Under the pieces are notes generated by a model, which saw only the letters and a program-made list of their open reading frames with translations, was not told where the DNA came from and ran no database searches. A program made the position numbers and the translations under genes. This document shows, one piece after another, positions 57,554 to 64,000 of a DNA stretch of 64,000 nt (positions are counted from its first letter, which is position 1; each line of letters opens with the position of its first letter). This DNA comes from Trichinella spiralis (Eukaryota), in contig NW_003526943.1 in assembly GCF_000181795.1 (NCBI RefSeq), positions 4,243,228-4,307,227 of the forward strand. The letters are read 5' to 3'.

Positions 57554-57585
57554 AAGCATGTTCCGAACATGCTCAAAGCATGTCC
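57554..57585. promoter_or_regulatory. Three tandem RRRCATGYYY decamers (p53-family response-element consensus)
   Basis: AAGCATGTTC-c-GAACATGCTC-a-AAGCATGTCC. The motif match is exact; function is not shown. Confidence 0.4.
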
Positions 57586-60500
57586 GCATTCTACAATTAA
57601 ATTTGAAATTTTAGAAACTATAAATCAAATGCAATATGTTCCGTATTGATTATTCAACGCCATTCATTGGTTAGTTTGGTTAGTTGTTCAATAATGCTTT
57701 GGTTGGGAAGAATTTTCCAAATTTCTAATCTGCAATCTTACTATTTCAAAATGTAATTTCACCTCAAGCATCACTCTCTTTATCCTCTTTTATTATTTTT
57801 TTGGATTGTGTGACTCTTATTTGCACTTATAATTGGTGAGTGTCTATTTTTAACATTTTACAATGAAACTAAATTAACTTTTATATACCATTTTATTATC
57901 ATCTGTAAAAATGTTTCCTTCTTTGAATTATATTTCAATAGATAATAAAAAACTGAAGTGTTAACTATATGAAGACACAGTAATTTAGTACTCTAGCTAA
58001 AAATATAGAAAAAAATGCAATTCAGTTATGCTTCATGCATAAATTATGATTACAATCTTAGTGTTAAGCAGAACAACAATGCAACAGCTGAACATTAAAG
58101 TACCGCAAGAATATTATGCTTTAAAATAAAAAAGCGAAAATCCGTTTTCACTTTTGGGTGAGTGTATGCTAGTAAAAATTTAACATGTGCAAAATTATAA
58201 AACATATTTTATAATATTATAATTTATGAACATAAGACTTTTTACATTGATTTTCAAATATTCCGGATGAAGATTTGTCAAAGTGAAAAGAACAAGCGGT
58301 TCAGTAATTGAAGAGCTGACCATGCTTCATATATATATTTATCATTTTGCTTGCTCTATCGTATAAACTTGCTCATCTTCAATCTATATAACCAGTATTT
58401 GCTTTTCTACAAACAAAATGATAATCAATTTATATGGAATTCCGTTAATGAATGCATAAGTTGTAGTTTCTAATAAATCCGCTGTAATAAATCTTTTCCA
58501 TAAATAATTTAGATATTATCCTTAGCCGATAATAGTTGTGTTAGTGAAAATTTTTTGAGCATTTCCTATGCATGGTGAGCATTCACAAACCCAGCATATT
58601 GCTTTGACTAATTTTATGAAACTGTTTTTTCCGACTTGACATTTACATTAAAAATTTTTTGAATAATTGTTATGCAAAATATTCAGAATTTTTAATGATA
58701 TCATTATAGAAATAAGAAGAACATTTAATATTTTTAACTTTAAATGAATAACATTTATAAGTGATACATGTCGTTCATTGAATGATATATAGCATTTCAG
58801 AACAGCTGACAGTTTTGATTCAAAAACTAAACCCCAGCTTGTGCATTATTTTTGCTTCAAAGTTAAATACTGAATTATTTATACTAATCTGAGTGTTTTG
58901 AATTCTTAATGTTAAATAAAATTTTAGAAACCTTTAAATTTTATTCAAAGTAGAAAACAAAATTTATTTTGTAAAAAAGTTCATTGCATAGATAAAGCTA
59001 CTAGAGCAAAGAAATAATAATAGATGTACATTTGATAATCATGCATGATGTACTGTACTTCTATTTTAACAACCTATTCAGTGCTCAATTTTCTTTTCAA
59101 TCCGATTCATTGGATAATTGAAAACAATAAAAGGTAACTGAATAATGTGAATATTTGTAAAATGCTTATTTTATTATATTGCACAGCAGCTATTTCAGAA
59201 AGAAATATTTCCACTATTGATCAGCAACACAAAAGTCTCTATTTTCATTTTATTTAATTAATGACATCGTGTTATTAGTGAAGGAAAATGTTCTGAAAAA
59301 TTGGCTTATATATGATCAAGTTACAATTTATCTTATAATGAAACTTCTAAAAACTGGTGTTTTCCACGAATTTGATATTTAAAAGTTCAATGCTTCAATG
59401 TTATTTTAAAATTAAATGATAATTTCCGTATTTTCTATTTTCTACGTATTCAAGATAAAAAAAGCAAATTTTGTTTAAAAGAGTAGAAAAATGCGTATTA
59501 TGGAAGAAATTATTAGAATTGTAACATTAATTATGTCTTATAAATAATTACATATAAAATATAAAGCAAGGATATTAATTGCAAATTATGTAAAAAGGTT
59601 TTTAAAGATCATGTTAAAGTAATTAAATGAAGAATATAATGATGAACAAATAATCATTTAAGTGAAAGTGATGAAATATCATTTTTGTAACAGATTTATT
59701 ATTTTGAACAGTGAACATTAAGCAAAAATATATCCAGTAGTTTTTGTGTGAATTTATGAACTCAAACACTGTTAAAGAAATTGGAAAACTTTTTTCAAAT
59801 TGATAAGAGCAAATCTACAATATTTCAAATAAGAATTTTTATAATGTTTGCAATATATTTCAATTTTAATAAAGCTTAGAGAAAATTTGTTTTTATTAAT
59901 TGTAAGCAATTTTTATCACAATATTTTGAATTAGTGTTTTAGTTTAAAAGGTAAATAACAACTTCATTTTTTGAGTATGTGAAAAATTTAAGATATGTAG
60001 TAATTTAAAGTACTTAATGAGGTCATTTTTTGCTTTCCAAATTGTGTGTACTTGTTTATGCATGTAACTGCAAATGATGAATTTCTCACAAAGATTCTTT
60101 GGACACAATACTAAAAGTATTTTAAAAATTTATTTTTAAATTAAAATGCAACGATATAATTGATTGCAACAAATAAGCTAATAATGTAATGAAACTGATA
60201 ATGATTAAGTTAATATTTAATTTGTTAAGCATACGGGGCTTTTAGCCATCACTGTGAATGCAGAACAGCAAATATTTGCAGCAAAAAAATATACATACAT
60301 CAACAGAGAAAGTTGCTTTTATTTTTAGCAATCTTTTAGTTCAATGCTGTATTATTATTTAATTTGTTGTTTAATTCATTTTTTTAAAACCTTATTTTTT
60401 TATTCTTTAAAATTCACCATTTCAAATCGATTTAATTTTTTATTCAAATGCTTTTTTATTTATTCATTAAATTTAAATGCTGCGATTAAAGTTTAAATTT

Positions 60501-62889
60501 TTTATCAGATAAAACTGTTGATGAAGTTAATTTTTTAAGTGATAAAGCGGTTAATATTTATAGAACAGAAAACACTAGCAAAGCTAGTAGTTAAAAATAA
60601 AAAGAAAAAGCAATGAGATAAAATCAAATCAAGAATTAATGATTAATTGATTTAAATGGTTGAATAAATGTGAATTGTGAAAAATATCTGTATTTTTGTT
60701 TGTTCTCATTTTTAATATAGAAAAATATGATATTTGATATTAAAATAATAGAAAGTTTTATCAAGATGACGCGATTCAGCTTATATTTTTTATTGATCAT
60801 ATATCCAAGAGAATATGCAGCGAAAAATAGCAAAAAATTGTGATGTATGCAATTTACGTCATATAATCGTATTTTTTGGAAATATGCTTTTGACATTTAA
60901 AACAATGCAACAGTTAAACTGTGCGGAAAATTAGACGACTTTGAATTCATCACGCATACAGTGTGCTTTTTTTCACAATAGATTTTGAAACTTCCATTAT
61001 GTAAAATTTTTCATTCATTCAAAAATATCAAAACAGAATATTCTTTAATTTTTCCTTGTTTTTATTTATTTCCTCATTAGAATATTTTTTTTTTAATTTC
61101 TCGAACTTTTTGATGTCATGGTTTATTCATAATTTATTACATTAACACAAATGACAAAAATGTATTCAAATTGAAGCACTGTCATTCGTCATCTCGTCAG
61201 GTTGATCTTCAACAGTTTTCAGTTTGAATTTTATAATTTCAAATTTTGTTTTGCAAAATTTTTGAGACTTGTAAAATTGAATTATTTCTGCTTTTGCTTA
61301 TTTTAATTTTTAAATAAATTTCTTCAGTCAAAAGTTTCCATTCTACATTGCATTGAAAGTTGAACAATTTTTCCATCCGCTGCCGTTTTTTCACAACTGA
61401 GGATGAAATTTTACACGCGAATTAAGCACCTTTTGTGCCAGAGCTGCATACCATGAACTGTCATGGTAACAAATGCGAGACTGATTTTATGCAAACAAGC
61501 AGAAAATTAGCATAGACAAAAGTTTTTTTCTTTTCATGACATGCCTTATAGTAAGTAATAAAATGTGATTTTGAATTTTGATTGATCCAACTTTGTAAAA
61601 TGAAGAAAAAACGTACTTTTAAACTTCATGAAGTATTTGTTATTTTTGATAGTATACTGCGTTACAACTACATACTGACATGCTGCAGAGTTGTGTTTTA
61701 AATTTGAAGGTATTTCTCAAAAAACAAATAAAATTTAGTTTTTTATGATTATTTTCATAATTGCTTAAATGTGGCACAAATTTTTAAAAGATGTTGAAAC
61801 AAATAATATAATTAACTGTTGCTTTAATTGTCAAATAAAATAAATAACGGTGCGTTTATAGGATTTAAAGGAAATTTGACAAGTGGAGCTGATTGATGAT
61901 GCAATTTTTCCATTAAATAAAATAGAATAATTAGTGTTTAAATAAATAGTTGTAATATTGAGTAATGTTCGTTCTTTGCTTTCGTTGTAAAGTCGATGGT
62001 CGAGAAAAGCGGCAACTGAGTGGCGGGGCAACTGTGCAAATGAACGCGTTTCAACACGGAAAGCTGGTTTCCCAAACGTTCAAGGTTGCTTAAACAGCTT
62101 TAAAATGCTTTGAATGCAGTTGACAATTTCGACATCTGTCAGTTTAAATTTAAATCGTGGCCAGTTGGAAAACTTTCAAAACAAGAATTTCTCATCCATT
62201 GCTATACTTGGCATTTGCTTAATATATATATATGTAATATATAAGTAAGCGATTTAATTCAATAAAATTAAATAAATAAGTGCATTTATTACTTTATTTA
62301 TTTATTATTTAACGTTTTATTTATTAATTACATATCTGTTTATTGTTACATCTAAGCAGTTGTTTACTTGTTTCAGTAATTCGATCTTGTTTATCTAATA
62401 ATCTGCATGTAAGCTTTGGAATCGCTGCTGTTGCCACACTCTTAGTTGTCCACATTCTCAATGTTAATTCACTTTGATGCGTCAATTTTAAGACTTTCCT
62501 CTTATGCATATATTCCATGAACTTTGCAAAAGATTGACCTTCTTCATCACCTGTTCAGTATGCACAACCATATATTGACATATATTATATACAGGTCACT
62601 GTTTATTTGGTTGCAAGCTATTTTTATTTTTCTAAAATACTGTTTCAAAAAAAAAGATTTCTTTACTAATTATAAATGTATTTTTTCCAAAAAGCAAAAA
62701 ACTATAATTATTTCAGAAATTGATCAATCAACTTGAACGCCGCCTGTAAAGTCTGCATTTACCAATCTTGTTACTAATTGGTTGGCTGGCATTTTCAATG
62801 GTCAATAACTGGATCAGTTTTTATATTAAAAGCGCATTGAATAGGCTTTTTTGAACCAGTAATTTTTTGTATTGATTTGTACACACTCA

Positions 62890-63070
62890 ATGAGAATTTC
62901 TGTGGAGAAAGAAGAAGCTCGATGTCGAGAGCTTGTCACCAACTATACACAAACTGCTGACTCGTGCTTGCCAGATTTTGACGGTTCCATTTGTTGGGAA
63001 TCATGCCCAGTCGGCACTTCAATGCAACTGGAATGTCCATTTGAATTTTGCACCCACTGCCATTTGCAAG
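62890..63070 (+). CDS. Class B1 (secretin/calcitonin/CRF-like) GPCR, first visible coding exon (hormone receptor domain); gene continues beyond the window
   Basis: EEARC..SCLPDFDGSICWESCPVGTSMQLECP matches the HRM pattern C-x3-(W/F)DG-x2-CW-x4-G-x5-CP. Strong donor AAG|gtgagc at 63070. Confidence 0.8.
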
Positions 63071-64000
63071 GTGAGCATAAATTTCAAATCAATCTTTGCC
63101 ATTAAATATGTCAAAATAAAAGTTTTTATCAATTAGCATATTAAAAAAACTTTTCTTCTACTTTACTTAATGGTCAATGGTTGGTTAAGTGTATATATCA
63201 GTAGCGCTGTATCTGTGTAAAAATTTTTGGAAACTCTAAAATTAATTTAAATTTTTAATGATTTAATTTTTCATTTTAATATAATTTAATGGAATCAAAT
63301 TTCTTCTTGAAATTTAATCCTATAGAGATAATTTTAAATCGAACTTGTTTTTAAAGTACTAGCATTGATTGTGTTGTTATTAATGAAGAGAAATATGCTA
63401 TGCAAACATGAATAATAACTGTTGCATAATTGCATATTATTTTATTATGCATAAAACTTTCAATAAATTAAGTAAAAAAAGAAATAAAAATAATGAAAGT
63501 TAATTGAAGCTGACTTTCAAAATATAAGAAAAAGCATGCAGGAATGACAGAATAATAAGAAAATTGTTGAAGTGAAAAATTATTAATAATGGCAAATTAT
63601 AATTATGAAACTAAATATGCTCATATCCAATACTTTGCTTTTAATTATCCGTTCTCTGTTGAATTGGAAACTGTTTGTTGTTAATGGTGCAAAAAGTAAA
63701 TTTATCCTGTGTATCCTAAAATTTACTGTTTAAATGCTTTCATCAGAGGCTTATATTGGAAAACTTTGTCTCAGAGTGAACTTTAATTTTAATTTGATCA
63801 TCTATATTTTTAATATTATGTTTAATTAATTATAATGTTATGTTTTATTTTAAAATTTACTTGTTTTTTGTACTTTCTTAATGAAACAGTTATTTTAAAT
63901 TGATATGAATTCTTTCATTTATAAAAAATCTTCAGAAGTTAAATGAACATTTTTACATTTTTACTGATATATCTAAAAGTTCATATTCAACATGCTAAAA

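Noticed and set aside
48043..62736. Scattered 60-121 aa ORF-track ORFs in the gene-poor region
   Set aside because: F/I/K/L/N-biased translations typical of AT-rich non-coding DNA; no domains.

Overview
AT-rich, intron-dense eukaryotic DNA with many 45-70 nt introns and TTTCAG/TTTTAG acceptors. Gene content and style point to a nematode, most likely Trichinella or a relative (inference). Left to right: a PTGR1-like gene (-), COQ9 (+) with a Bel/Pao relic in its probable first intron, and UBFD1 (+). Next is a ~24 kb tandem array of three secreted trypsin-family serine protease genes (A, B, C), each with a duplicated upstream block and a Pro/Asn/His-rich tail built from symmetric phase-1 exons. 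The array is interrupted by two decayed Ty3/Gypsy elements, LTR-like pieces and a TIR-bearing MITE-like repeat. Then come MULE and Bel/Pao relics, RPL31 (+), a vWA+ZP cuticlin (cut-6-like, -), ~17 kb with no recognisable coding sequence, and the first coding exon of a class B (secretin-family) GPCR (+) that continues past the window end. Highlights: (i) copy A is a canonical trypsin, while B and C keep the His-Asp-Ser triad but have lost the activation site, Gly193 and both cysteines of C191-C220; (ii) the tail is a cassette of in-frame skippable exons altered by splice-site loss, duplication and transposons; (iii) three perfect p53-type half-sites lie in tandem at 57554-57585. All gene models were spliced and translated by eye; no searches were run.
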